Assembly: GCF_009914755.1 (NCBI RefSeq)
Contig: NC_060936.1
DNA from: the human T2T-CHM13v2.0 reference genome, Homo sapiens
Length of the DNA: 64,000 nt
Strand: one strand, 5' to 3'
Positions 29,885 to 49,305 of the stretch are shown here, in pieces (position 1 is the first letter of the stretch; each line of letters opens with the position of its first letter). The notes below the pieces were generated by a model. It did not search any database, was not told the origin of the DNA, and saw only the letters and a list, made by a program, of their open reading frames with translations. A program made the translations under genes and the position numbers.

Positions 29885-30509
29885 ACCATTTTCCTTGGAG
29901 AATCCTGCTTCTTAGACTATAATCCTAGATATTATAAATGAATAAATAAATAAAGAACCATGAAACTCTGGTTGGCAGCGCAGGTTAATGATCTGATTGT
30001 GGCAAGAGAGGACCTTGAGTCTTATCAATTTTGTATGTTTGTATTGGGGGAGCTTGTAGGGAGGATAGGGTTGCAGCAAGTACTTGTGGAATATTGATGG
30101 ATATTCAAGGCAAATATAGACCCAGGAATTATGAAGTAAGCACTTACAGGAATCCAAAAGCCCATAAATTAATGGACATCTCCAAAGCATTGTAATACCT
30201 TGATAGTATAAGAATCGTGCTCTCTAATAACTTAAAACATGGCCTTAGTTTTGAAATCAAAACCTTCAGCATAAACACATGTCCCTTTTGTGCTTACATA
30301 CCTTATGGTTGCCATTAGCTACAGCTCTTTATACATGGGGCACTGTATATTATTATTAAAACCATCCAGCAAAAAATGATCTCCTGTTGCAACTTTGAAT
30401 GTACTTAGTGAAATAACTTTCCAGACCTCATAGAGCATTTGGAAATATTTTCCTTATATACAGAACTCTAACTACTAAGTACCATTCTTTCCCAAGGTCT
30501 TCAGAGTTC

Positions 30510-30750
30510 TTTTTTCTTTTCTTTTCTTTCTTCCTTTTTTTTTTTTCTTTTTTGAGACAAGGTCTTGCTGCATCACCCAGGCTGGAGGGCAGTGGCATGA
30601 CCATGGCTCACTGCAGCCTCAACCTCCCAGGCTCAAGCAATCCTCCTGCCTTAGGCCTCCCAAGTAGCTGGGACTACAGGCGCATCCACCACGCCTGGCT
30701 AGCTTTTTAATTTTTTTGTAGAGATGGTGTCTCACTATGTTACCCAGGCG
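30510..30750 (-). mobile_element. Alu (AluJ-like, 5'-truncated)
   Basis: Reverse Alu; TSD-like cagagttctt on both sides. Confidence 0.88.
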
Positions 30751-31114
30751 GACAGAGTTCTTATTTCTAGGAATAATAACATGAATATTTACTTATTCAT
30801 TAAAAGAGAAAGGTTTTACGCTTAATACTTTCGTTGTTCTGTTTTTTCTTAAGGTCAGCACCAGAGCTACTTAATAAATAATTGTGCTGTCCTGAAACCA
30901 CTTTGGGGTAACTCAGCAGAGAACCCAGGCTGCCAACCCAGGGCAATATGAGTACAGTTCCTTCAGGCTGGGAGGGATCCTGGGCTTGTGGCCACCCTAG
31001 GGGCTGCATATTGTTGACTCAGGCAGAGGCATGCCTGCCTAAGGGTAGAAAGGGAAAGCCTGTAGCAAGCAGGAAGAGTTGATAGGTACTAAGATGGAGA
31101 ACATTCATAATATA

Positions 31115-31615
31115 AAACCATTGTAACCACTTTTAAGTGCACAATTCAGTGACATTAAGTACATTCAAAATGTATGCAACCATTACCACTATCCATTTCC
31201 GGGACTCTTCCATCATTCCAAACTCCGTGCTCATTATACAGTAACTTTCCATTCACCCTGTCCCTCAGTCCCCGGTAACCTCTATCAAACTTTCTATCTC
31301 TATGAACTTGTCTATTCTAGGTACCCCATATAAGTGGAACCATATATTTGTCCCTTCTTGCCTGGCTTATTTCACTTAGCATGATGTTTTCAAGGTTCAT
31401 CCATGTTATAGCACATGTCTGACTATTCATCATTTTAAAAATTCATCATTTTTAAGGATGAATATTTACATGACATTTTGTTTATCCATTCATCTGTCAA
31501 AGAGCAGTGAGGTTGTTTCCCATCTTTTGCCTACGGTGAGTAATGCTGCTATCAACACTGATGTTCAAGTATCTATTAAAATCTCTGTTTTCATTCTTTT
31601 GGGTGTATACCTAGG
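31115..31615 (-). mobile_element. L1MB-type 3' end
   Basis: tttaagtgcacaattcagtgacattaagtacattc...ggcttatttcacttagcatgatgttttcaagg. Confidence 0.8.
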
Positions 31616-31699
31616 CAGATGAGGGTTTTGTTTTTGTTTTTGACCATCAGAGTTCCAACTGGTGCTACTTTTCCTTTTAAATACATTCTAGGTCTATTT

Positions 31700-31946
31700 G
31701 AGTTTTTTGTTTGTTTGTTTGTTTTTGTTTTGTTTTGTTTTGGGGGACAGGGTCTTCTTGCTGTGTCACCCAGACTGGAGTGCAGTGACACAGTGACATG
31801 ATCACTGCAGCCTCAACCTCCCAGGCTCAAGTAATCCTCCCAACTCAACCTCCTGAGTAGCTGGGACTACAGGCATGAGCCACCGTGCCCAGTTGAGTTT
31901 TTAAAAAATTTTTGTAGAGAAGTGGTCTCCCTGTGTTGCCCAGGCT
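31700..31946 (-). mobile_element. Alu (AluJ-like, 5'-truncated)
   Basis: Reverse Alu with (GTTT)n tail. Confidence 0.85.
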
Positions 31947-32855
31947 TCTATTTGTTACATAGTCATAACATCTTCCTACACCTTTTTTTCTGTCCCAAAT
32001 AAGAATTACAGTGTGTTCATCAACTGGAGAAACAACTTCCCTATCTGGGTTTTCACCCAGAACTGCTCAGGTCCTCACAGCATCTGACAACAGCCAGTAG
32101 TTGAGTGTCTCTGCTTTCAAGAATTTCAAGGGTCAGGACCTCAGCCTGGGATTGGACCCCAAAAGTAAAGTAAACCATACTGCAATTTTGTGCAAAAAAC
32201 AAAGATTAAGAGGACACAGGAAAGGGACAATATGAAAAATAATTTATTTTATTTTTATGACAAAAAGGAGTAGAGAAAATTAACATAGATGAAACATTTT
32301 TCCTTAAGCTTGTTTTAGTTTTGTTGATAAGATAGTAAGCAACAATGGGAATGGGAATTGACAAAGCCCAATTCATCTCTCATCTGATCCTTAACTGTAC
32401 TGATGAGAGCATGTGTCTGATCCTAGAGAGGGAAGAGAAGAGTTTCCAGGGAGGGAAGCTGAGACATCTCTTATATATAAAATGGTTGCCCTAAAGAGAC
32501 ATGCATGGCTAAACTCAGGTGACATGGTAGAGACTGAGTTGTCTACCTAATATGTATTCTATTTTTATTTATTAAGCCTGACTGTGTTTGGAATGGCAAT
32601 ATACCTGTGGAGGCTAAAGCAACTCTATCTTGGTTGCTAATCATGTTGACAAAGCAAGGATGTGTCTTATTTATTTTTGTGCTCTTCTCACCCATCCCAG
32701 AGAGGAGAAAGTGTGGAGCACATAGTAAATCTTCAGAACATGTTTGATGTTGGATTGAATAATCTGCTTTATTTTATCATCTAATAACTCCTTAGTTAGA
32801 TTAGACGGATGGCTGGTGAAAAAGTGTTTGGACTGATACTGTATTTATCTGCTCA

Positions 32856-33236
<381 letters not shown>

Positions 33237-34003
33237 CTACTTAGAAAGCAGAGATTTAATTAAATATTATGGCTTTTCAATAATTTTTGTTGTGTACTAT
33301 GCTCTCCCCAAACCAGTAGCCTAATAAAATTGAGTTTGAAAGTCCTCCATAAATTAACATGTTCTAATAATTCTATAAGAAAGAATGGAGATACAATATT
33401 TGATCTAGAAAGTGGATATCCAATGATCATCTGAGCAAGGAACACCATCCTCCTTAAAGTAAACAGCACACAGCTGTTTCCATCATGCTGACTGTAAGAA
33501 GATTATCATACTCAGAAAAGAAATTCCAGGAAACTGCGTTCCAATTAACATGGAAATGAATCCACAAAATAAATATGTATCCAGAGTTTATGCAATCCCA
33601 GGGTACAATGGAGACAGATGCAGATTGATCTAATCTGGTTGCATTAGGAATAAGAATGTTTGTTGGGGAACATTGTGTGGAAAGTTGACATTTGGTTCAA
33701 TCAGGAAGGCCAAAGTAGAAATTATGAAAGCAATTTCCTTTGTCCAGTTAAATTAGGCATTCAAATAACAGGCTACTCTTTGACCTTCCTGGGAAAGGTC
33801 AGGATGGCATCGAATGGTCATTAAATAAATAGCAGGCCTGTTCTTGTAAATACTTTGTGAGACTTTAGGAAAACATATTCTGGATTGAAAATCAGCCAAA
33901 AAAGATCTGCAAGAATTTCTCTAACATATTTTTATTGCTTCTATTTATCCATTTTTAATTTGGAGAAATAGTAAGTACTGGTAAAAGCACAAGAACAAAC
34001 TGA

Positions 34004-34426
<423 letters not shown>

Positions 34427-34728
34427 TAGCTCCTGTGGATGTCTCCCCAAGGCTCCACTTGATATAGCTAAGGAGAATTCCTGGCATGTATCATAAGATA
34501 TATGGTTTCTTAATTAGATGGGTGACTTGCAGGACTAGAATTTAAGAACACTCTTCATGCTGCCTTAGGTTATAATTCCCAGCTTGCATTACAGCAATGG
34601 ACATGCTGTTAATATTTTCTCCAACAGTCCAAACTGCAAGTATATGAAGTTAAATCAAATCTCTTTTCTTGTCCATTAAAGTTCAAGTTGCCATAATAAA
34701 AGCTGGCAAGTTGTTTTTATAAACACTA

Positions 34729-35050
<322 letters not shown>

Positions 35051-35484
35051 ATAGAACAGATTTTAAAGTTATTTTTATATTATTCATACATCTTTTTTGC
35101 CCCTATCTTCTCATTCAGATTCAGATTTACCCAACATTTGCTATGTGTCAAGCTCCATGCTGGAGGATTTCATATTAAATTTACCATTATTTAGCCTTAT
35201 AATTAGAGGTGGTTCAAAGACAAAGCCTGAATTAGGTGTTTTGATTCAAAATCATGGGTCCTTCAAAATATCAGTGGATTAGATTATTATCCTCGTGTAA
35301 CTAAGATAATACAAGAAATATTTGGAGTCATATTTTAATGTGTTATCATTATTGTTATTGTAGAAGTAGTGTATATGCATCCATAATTTTTAAAATTTAA
35401 ACAAAACGTAATTCCGTAAGTGAAAAGTAAAAGTTGTCCATCTTTTTCCTTCCCTACTCCCAGTTTTTCTCTACTGAAATACAG

Positions 35485-36243
<759 letters not shown>

Positions 36244-37284
36244 AGAGGTGACCATTTGAACAATTTCTGGCATTTGCAGACCATAAGGACACAAGAACAG
36301 CTATAACTCCATAGAATAATGAAATGATAAAGGAGAGAACCTGTACTATGAGCCTAACATGAACCTAGGGTAGGTAGAACTAGAAGACCATCATTAAGGA
36401 AATAAAAGGGAAGATGGAGAGAGTAGAGAGAGACAAAGTAAGGAAGGGGTTTTGGTTTTGTACAAACATGTAAATTCAAGCCTTCCTGCTTAAAAACTTC
36501 TCAGGCACAATACTTATGTGTTTGCTGTCAATCTAAGCAGATTTTTGTTGCCTCACCTTCTCAACTGGACAGAATTGCAGTGTGGATGGGCCTATTGTCT
36601 GGTTACCAGCAAAGAGAAATCTCATGATTGTGTTTGTAGGTTGAATTGGTATTATGTGGGTTGTGGCAGCTGCTGCCTGACTGACAGCTTCATCTCCTTC
36701 TTACCACCAAAGAGGACTGAGATGGCTCCAAGAAGGAGTAAGAGAGAAGTTGTCAACAACTTGGTGCAGAAAGGCAGGTGGAGCCAGTCTCTGCAGAGAC
36801 CCTGGTAACTGAGCTCAGCTGGCATGTGCTGAGGAAATTCACAGTTGACCACTGCTCAGTACAGATGATGACTAAAGAAATGGCTCTCCCAGCAAAGGGA
36901 GAAAGATCCAGGCCAGTATACACTTAGTCTGTCACAGCGTCAGATCTGGAAATAGGGTAAGGGGAGAAAAGACTGTTTTGAGTATGTGATAGAACTCTGT
37001 AAGAGTATTTTTTAATGAGGAGAGCAAATGGGTAGTGAAGGGGAGAATTCAGAAATAAAACTCAGAAGACGAGCCCTCAGCAAAAGGGGTTTAACAACAA
37101 TATAGGCTTAAATAGAAGGAAAACTCTCTGTGAGAGTTAGGACTACAAATGTTGCCATTCTTGGAACCAGCGCTTTGTACATAAATTGGTTTTCTTTTTC
37201 TCTCTAGAAGCTTTCGGGATCTTTTCTTTATATCTGGGGTTTTGAAATTTCAAAATGATTTGGCTTTTTGATGGACATGTTTTT

Positions 37285-37897
<613 letters not shown>

Positions 37898-38467
37898 TAG
37901 ATGGACTCATTTTTCATTCATCTAGAGACATTTCCTTTATTTTGGGAAATTTTCCTTAATTGTTTCTTTAATCAATTTCCCCCACTATTTTCTCTGTTCA
38001 TTCTCTCTGGAACTTCTATTATTCAGATGTTGAGCTCCTGTATTTTTGCTCTCTTATGTACATCTTTTGGTAGGACAAAAAGACTATTGCTCTACATTCT
38101 AGAAAATTTCCCTAATATTTTTTAGCTTTCTGACTTATTTATTTTCTCCTGCTTTTTGCTGTTGGAGAGTTTTCTTGAATTTTGGATGGTTCTATGCTGA
38201 CTGCATGCTTGAACATGGTTCACCAACCAATGTCTGCCAGCCCCAACATTACATCATATCACCCTCCTGACCACTTTTCTTCATCTCTTGGAGTTCCAAT
38301 TCCAAATCTTTATCCCTTGTTATAGAACACTGGCAATACCTGGCTTAAATCCTTTAGGCAAAATATTAGAAGATCCTTTTCTAGAAAAATAGAACCATCC
38401 CACGGTAAAGACCTACAGATACTGACATTTGAGGAACCTCCACAAAAGAGCTGACTTCTGCCTTCTA

Positions 38468-39505
<1,038 letters not shown>

Positions 39506-39924
39506 TTCAATGTTTAGATTTAAAACATTTACATTCTGTCCCTTAAACATACTTTGCCTATAGATTGATTCTGAAAACTAAAAACAGAATGTGTTAATAT
39601 TATTCACAGGCTATGAATATATGAACATTATTCACTGAAGAATCAAATAATACTATTTGATTCGTTAAAAAATGAAATATAATTTCTCTGTCAACACACT
39701 TGAAGGGTCTATTTTTTCTTACACACTATAAATTGCTAGAAACACTGCAACATTTTAGTTTGATTTATATTTGGACCAATACTTTCTTATAAGATTTCTG
39801 TTTTTCTTAAAGCTTCTACAGTTGAATTTATTGGAGGAGTGGAGGGAGTTTCTATTCTCCAAAGGATATGTTTGCTAGAATATAGAAATCAAAATAGTAA
39901 TAATAAAAAGATTCTGAGAATTAA

Positions 39925-40502
39925 TGGTATAATTTCGAAGTTTTGTTCCCTCAAATCTCATGTTGAAATGTAATCCCCAATGCTGGAGGTGTGGCCTGGT
40001 GGGAGCTGTTTGAGTCATGGGGGTGGATCCTTCATAAATGGCTTGGTGCTCTCCCCATGGTAATGAGTGAGTTCTCACTCTGAGTTCACACAAGATCTGG
40101 TTGTTTAAAAGAGTGTGGTGCTGAGTGCGGTGGCTCACACCTGTAATCCCAACACTTTGGGAGGCTGAGGCGGGCGTATCACCTGAGGTCAGGAGTTCGA
40201 GACCAGCCTGGCCAACATGGTGAAACCTCCGTCTCTACTTAAAATACAAAAAATTAGGTGTGTGTGGTGGTGCACACCTGTAATCCCAGCTACTCAGGAG
40301 GCTGAGGCAGGAGAATTGCTTGAACCCTAGGCGGAGGTTGCAGTGAGCAGAGATTGCCCCATTGCACTCCAGACTGGGGGACAAGAGAGAGATTTCATTT
40401 CAAAAAAAAAAAAAAAAAGAGTGTGGCAACTCCTACCACTTTTCTTTATAAATTACCCAGTCTCAGGTATTCCTTTATAGAAAAGCAAAATAAACTAACA
40501 CA
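39925..40502 (+). mobile_element. MST (MaLR) LTR with an Alu insert and internal deletion
   Basis: aaatctcatgttgaaatgtaatcccc...aaattacccagtctcaggtattcc; 5-bp TSD attaa. Confidence 0.82.
40120..40417 (+). mobile_element. Alu (AluS)
   Basis: TSD aaaagagtgtgg. Confidence 0.92.
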
Positions 40503-42252
40503 ATTAATAACCTGTAAAATTTTTCAGGTATTTTTCTTATTTTCCTGTCTTGCTTCTTAGTGCAGCTTGATGAATGTTGAGTCGAAATTTGACCTTATAT
40601 TCTCAACCTAATTCTCGAATATGTGTTTAACTCTGGGAAATATAAACTGTCAGGTTAAGATCTCCTAAAAACTTTAGGAAGAATGCTATAAGACAGAATG
40701 TCTTTGAGAATCAGTCTCTTTTTTTGATATGAAGCAAACAAAGTATTGAAAAACACAAAAGGGACAGTGCTTGAATGAGTCATAAAAATAAATTTTTCTG
40801 TGGGCATAACTCTTGTATGTACATCACGGAAATTACCCTAAATCATTGCTACTATCTTCTTGATGTCAACTCAGATGGTACTAATCTTTACAGAATTTTA
40901 AATAGAAGGCTTTAAGTAACACTTCAATGTTAAGGTAACAAAGGAGGGGAGAGAAAAACTAGCCTACTATGAACCATGCACATACACTGTCTTGGTAGTT
41001 TTATATGTGAGTATTATTCAATATAACGTGTATTATTAATTATATTATATTAGTATTTTATATTTAATATGCTGCTATATAACATACTTAGGTCAAGAAG
41101 AGGTGGCCCACCCTGCCTGAGAGTCAAAATCACCTCCCCCTCTGCCTTCCTTTTCTTAGTTATCATGGCATCTGACCCTCTTGCTGGCATGAGCCGCACT
41201 GTATAACCCTGCTTCCCGACACGCTGCCCCACAGCCTTCCACTGTTGTTAGTGTTCATTCTTCCTTCTGTTCTTTCTCAGCTCAGATTCTTAGATCCTTG
41301 AATCTGCCTTACTTCATCTCTTTTGAAAACTTCTAGCGCTGTTCTTGGATCCGATATTTAGCTTTCCTTTTGAATAAGTGAATGTTTTCTAAGGAGTCCC
41401 AATTCCCCTGACTTGAGCCCCAGATTATCATCGCCAGAAGGGGTTCAATGTCAGCTAGATCAATGATTCTAGCCTGTAGCATTTCACAGAGACTCTGGAG
41501 TTATTAGAAGAGCCTTAGAACCCGTATGTATTTATAGGTATTTTTCCTTTCAGTGGGCAATGAAATTGACACCATTATAATGTGGTATTCATGATTTTTT
41601 GAAATTAAGAAGAGTTTTCATACTCTAAAAAACTGGGAACCACTGATTTACACCAGCCTCCACATTGAACAAATTAGAAAAAAATAAGCTCAGAAAGTTA
41701 TTTGTTTTGTCCAAGGTCATACAGTGGGTTAGGATCTTATCAGCACTCAGATGTAAGGATCGAATTCTCAACCATCAACCCATTCCTCTTTCCAGTACCT
41801 TAACTCCCCAAATACTGTAATCCTCGCAGTTACATAGCAGCTCCCACAGACTTGGCTGCATGGGGGAGTAATGGGTCGCCATCTGACTCAGGCCGAATTG
41901 TGAGGAAGCAACTTCTCCCTCCACAGTAAATGTTGAGCTTTATTGAAAAGTATTACTAGGATGTGATAAACAAACAAATATCCTTAGAGAGTATACATAT
42001 ATTTTAAATAATCAACCCATCTTTCTTCAGAGAATCTTATCTTACCCCCCACCCCCTCCCCGTTGTAGGTAAGTAAGGAGCCCTAGATCCCAGCGGATCA
42101 TTCATGAGACCCAGGGAAGGGGCCTACCTATAGGTTTCCCAGAAATGTGAGTCTCAGGCCTAAATTTCTTTGGGTATCAGGGATTTGGAATTGAAACTCC
42201 AAGAAATGAAGAAAAATGTTCAGAAAGGCAATGATGAAATGTGGCTGGCGGA

Positions 42253-42500
42253 CTTTTTTTTTTAGACGGATTCTTGCTCTGTTGCCCAGGCTGGAGTGCA
42301 GTGCATCCTCTGCTTTCTGGGTTCTCGGCTCACTGCAACCTCCGCCTTCCGGGTTCAAGTGATTCTCCTGCCTCAGCCTCCCGAGCAGCTGGGATTACAT
42401 GCACACACCACCACACCCCGCCAATTTTTGTATTTTTAATAGAAACAGGGTTTCACCATGTTGGCCAGGCTGGTCTTAAACTCCTGACCTCAAGTGATCT
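42253..42500 (-). mobile_element. Alu, 5'-truncated, with an internal 23-bp duplication
   Basis: TSD tggcggac; see findings. Confidence 0.9.
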
Positions 42501-42752
42501 GGCGGACATTTTGAACTATAGGCCTACAGAGAAAGAGAATGAGAATGAGATAGGGAGAGAGAGAAAGAATGCACAAGAGAAAATGCATATGAGGGCCTTG
42601 TGTTTCCAGAGAGAAAGGGACAGAAAAAGCAAAGGAGAGAGGACACCCTGGAGAGCACCTTAGCTGCAACCTTTCTGGTTTCCAGTTCCTGTCATGGGGC
42701 CCTGCTTACCTTGGATTCCAGAAGCTTTCTGGATTCTAAAATAAGCTCTTTA

Positions 42753-43099
<347 letters not shown>

Positions 43100-43849
43100 T
43101 CAGCTCTGTGGAAACAAAGTCAGATCTCATGAATACGTCAGAGTTCCTACAGCTTGAGAGATGGTGATGCAAGACTATTTCATGCTGAGGTTGCCTCATT
43201 AGGAAAAAGGACAAGAGCACTTCAGCTGTAACAGGCACTGCCCCAACACACATCAGTGCTAATGACGGGTACTGGTTGGGCAGACAATTAAGATACAAGA
43301 CTCTCAGTACACAGCAGAGTCTGTGGTCCAGCTACAGGACTGTGCAGAAACCTCATCTTAATCCCAAAGATTTCTGAATTTCATTGCTGTTCAGAAGAGG
43401 CCTCTCTCTAAGCACTTGAGAATAGGAATGAAAGCTCTATATAATCACTCTGGCATCCTTCATTTTAGTGAAAAAATGATTTTGAGATTTGTTTTGTACA
43501 AGATATTTAATATGAAACATCTAGTTCTAAGGAGATTTAGAAAAAGAGAAAAGTGCAATATGTATATATTATATATATTTTACATAGTGCACTTTGTATA
43601 TATAAAATGCATATATAAGATGTACATATAATGTATATTATATATTATATGGATATATTCACCACACACATATGTATGCATGTTATTCTCAAGGGCAAGA
43701 AGTAAAAATAATAATAAATACTAATACTTTTTCAGTGTGGAAATAGAAGGAATCAGCAAAATCTTTCATTGTTGAAATAAAAAATAAAGGAGAGGCAAAG
43801 CAAGATTATAGTTTGACAGAAATGTGGAAGAAAGATATAAAACCAGAAG

Positions 43850-44456
<607 letters not shown>

Positions 44457-45211
44457 CTAATTAATTAATTTAAAAAAATAAAGGAAAAAGGGAGATTGTT
44501 AATAATGGCCAAAAATTCTTAAAAGAAGAGTTCTTCCTAATTCATCTACATGAGAAGAGATAACAGCCCCCCAAAAAGAAACAGGTGAACAGCATGATGC
44601 TATGATTGGAAACCTCAGAGGTACAACATTGTGGTTAAAATCTGCCCTTGGCTTTAAAAATATCAGGAAAATAAGCAAGGGAAATTGTGTGAAATAAGTT
44701 ATTGATATTTTAAAAAGCAAATATATTGGAAACATTGAAATATCTTTAAAATGGCACCTCTATAACATACATCCTAAGTTGCTAAGAGAATTGGCTAATG
44801 GGTTTAAAGAAACTCTTACCATTATGTTCAGGGCACACTGGATGCATTATTTCAGAAAGTTGTCAAAGGAGGAAAAAAATAAGAAAAAATCAGCACATGG
44901 GGACCTAATTTCTTCTTATTCTCCTTCCTAAAAAAGACCTCCCAACTACATCAAGGCTGTTGAATGGATCTCTATTATTCTAGACATGCTAACTTGAAAC
45001 TAGAGAGTCAGCACTTCTGTTTTCCACTCCCCTCACTTCCATTATTCCCCAAATCCTGGGTGATTTGGCTTCCCAGAATTGCTCAGATTTTGCTCCTTCT
45101 CATTGTAACAGTCATAGTCCAGGCTGCATCCCCAGCTGATGGTGAGGAGTATTAAAATGTTAAGGATTGAGCCCAGGAGTATGGCCTGGCACAAAGCATA
45201 TCACCATAATA

Positions 45212-45584
45212 TTTTTTTTCTTCAACTTGTATTTTAAGTTCAGGGGTACACGTGCAGGATGTGCAGGTTTGTTACACAGGTAAATGTATGCCATGGTGGT
45301 TTGCTGCACAGATCATCCCATCACCTGGGTATTAAGCCCAACATCCATTAGCTATTTTTCCTGATGCTCCTCCAACCACACCCTGCTCTGAGAGGCCCCA
45401 GAATGTGTCGTTCCCTTCCATGTGTTCTCATAATTCAACTCCCGCTTGTAAGTGAGAACACATGGTGTTTGGTTTACCCTTCCTGTGTTAGTATGCTGAA
45501 GATAATGATTTCCAACTCCAACCATGTGCCTGCAAAGGACACGATCTCATTCCTTTTTATGGCTGCATAGTAGTCCATGGTGTA
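45212..45584 (-). mobile_element. L1PA 3' end (5'-truncated) with TSD
   Basis: ttttaagttcaggggtacacgtgcagg...; TSD cac(c/t)ataatattt. Confidence 0.88.
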
Positions 45585-45654
45585 CACTATAATATTTAAA
45601 TAATGCACTTTATTGTGAATTATTTATATATTACAGAGAATTTTTTAATTAAGG

Positions 45655-45805
45655 TTTTTCTGAGACAGGGTCTCCCTCTGTTGCCCAGGCTGGAGTGCAG
45701 AGGCACAATGATGACTCACTGCAACCTCAACCTCCCAGGTTCAAGTGATCCTCTCACCTCAGCCTCCTCAGTAGCTAGGACCACAGGCATGAACCACCAG
45801 TCCTG
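45655..45805 (-). mobile_element. Alu right-arm monomer (FRAM-like)
   Basis: Reverse right arm only. Confidence 0.75.
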
Positions 45806-46694
45806 CCTTTCCATGGAGATCTTTTATGTTGCTCTTTTATAACCACATCCTCTTGCCTCTCACCTACATCCCCTCCTTAACCCCTGGCAGCTACTAATCT
45901 GCTCCTTATTCTATAATTTTGTTATTTTAAGAATGTCATGCAAATGGAATCATACAATATGTAATTTTGAGATTGGCTCTAATCACTCAGCATAATTCTC
46001 TGAGATTCATCTAGGTTGTTGCATGTGTCAATAGTTTGTTCTTTTTTGTTGCTGAGCAGTATTTCTTGGTATGAATGTCCTACAGTTTGTTTAAACATGT
46101 ACAGTTGAAGGCCATCTGATAGATTGCTTCTAGCTTGGGGCCATTGTGAATAAAATTGCTATAAACATTAATGCACAGGTCTTTGTGTGAACACAAGTTT
46201 TCATTACTCTGGAAAAAATGCCTGACAGTGTAATTTCTGAGTCATATAGTAGTTGCATGTCTAGTTTTTTAAGAAGCTGCCAAAATGTTTTCTGGACTCT
46301 ACCATTTTACATTCCAAACAGCGAAGTATGAATAATCTAGTTTCTCTTCATCCTCTCCAGCAATTGCTGCTATCATGATTTTTTAATTTTAGCCGTTCTA
46401 ACAGGTACATAGTGGTATCTCATTATGGTTTTAATTTGCATTTCCTTGGTGGCTAATGATGTTGAACATCATTTCATTTGCTTATTTGCCATGTGTGTAT
46501 CCTCTTCAATGAAATGCCTCTTCATGTCTTTTGCCTGCTTTCTAATTGGATTGTTTGTTTTTTTAATGTAGAGTTGTAAGATTTCTTAATAGTGTAGACA
46601 TTAATGCTAATATTAGGACTGTGTGGTTTTGCAAAGGTTTTCTCCAGTCGCCTGTCTTATCAACTTTTTAACTGGATCTTTTGCATAGAAAGTT

Positions 46695-46983
46695 GTTTTT
46701 TTTGGAGACGGAGTCTCACTCTGTCACCCAGGCTGGAGTGCAGTGGTATTATCTCGGCTCACTGCATCCTCTGCCTCCGGGGTTCAAGCGATTCTCCTGC
46801 CTAGCCTCCTGAGTAGTTGGGATTACAGGCGCGCACCACCACACCTGCCTAATTTTTGTATTTTTAGTAGAGACAGCGTTTCACCATGTTGGTCAGGCTA
46901 GTCTCAAACTCCTGACCTTGTGATCTGCCCGCCTCAGCCTCCCAAGGTGCTGGGATTACAGGTGTGAGCCACCACGCCCGACC
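46695..46983 (-). mobile_element. Alu (AluS)
   Basis: Reverse Alu; TSD core gaaagtt. Confidence 0.92.
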
Positions 46984-47715
46984 GGAAAGTTTTTAATTGT
47001 GATGAATTCTAATTTATCAGTTTTCCCTTGTATTGATTATGTTTTTGTGTCAAGTCTATGAACTTTTGCCTAGTCCAAGATCCCGAATATTTGATATGTT
47101 TTTGTTTTCAAAATTTTTTACAGTTTCAGGTTTTACATTTAAGGCAAGTGATCCATTTTGAATTACCTTTTTATTAAGATGTGACAGTTAGGTCAAGGTT
47201 TATGTTTTTGCCTTTGGATTATCTAATTACTCCAGCACCATCTGTTAAAAAGGCTGTATTTCCTCCATTGAATTGCTTTCGCACTTTGTTGAAAATCAGT
47301 TGGGCATATTTGTGTGGGTCTATTCCTTTTTCATGATCTATGTGTCTATCCTTCCATCAATGCCACACAGTCTTGATTAATGTAGCTACATAATAATTCT
47401 TGAAAACAGGAAGACTGATTATTCCCACTTCATTCTATTTTTTCAAAATATTTGAACTATCATGGTTCCTTTGCCTTTTTATATAAATTTTAGACTTATC
47501 TTCTCTATATCTGTAAAAAATTGTCCTGAGATTTTGATAGAAATCAGATTAAACCTATACATAAATTTGGAGAAAACTGACGTCTTTACTACATTGAGTT
47601 TTCCAGGAGCATGGTACATCTTTCTATTTATATAGATCTTTGATTTCTTTCAGCACTATTACATAACTTTTCATTTGCAAGTTTCCTATACATGAGTTAC
47701 TAGGTTTACGCCTAG

Positions 47716-48056
<341 letters not shown>

Positions 48057-48634
48057 AATGTTATTTTATTTTAAATTTTGGTGTACATGTGTTCTTTGGT
48101 AGTGCATAGAAATACAATGGTTACTATTTGTATGTTTATCTTGTATCCTGAGATGTCACTGAACTCATTTATTAGTTCTATGAATGTTTTTATATATTCC
48201 TTGGGATTTTCTATGTAAATAATTATGTTGTCTTCAAATATAAACAATTTTATTTATTCTGTTCCAATTTGCGTGTTTTTATCTTCTTTTCTTACCTAAT
48301 TGCACAGTCTAGAACTTCCAGCACTATGCCAAATAAGAGTGGTGAGAGTGGACATATTTGCCTTGTTCCCAATCTTAGAAGGAATGCATTCAAACTTTGA
48401 TTATTAAGTATGATGTTAGCTGCAGGGGTTTTGTGGATGCTCTTTATTAAGTTGAGGAAGTCTCCACCATTCCTGGTTTTCTAAGCGCTTTCGGTATTTG
48501 TTTTTACAATAAATGGGCGTTGAATTTTGTCAAATTTTTTTTCTGCATCAGTTGATACGAGCAGATAATTTTTTCTTTGTTAGCTTGTTAATATGATGGA
48601 TTACACTGATTGACTTTCAGATGTTGACTTTGCA

Positions 48635-49305
<671 letters not shown>

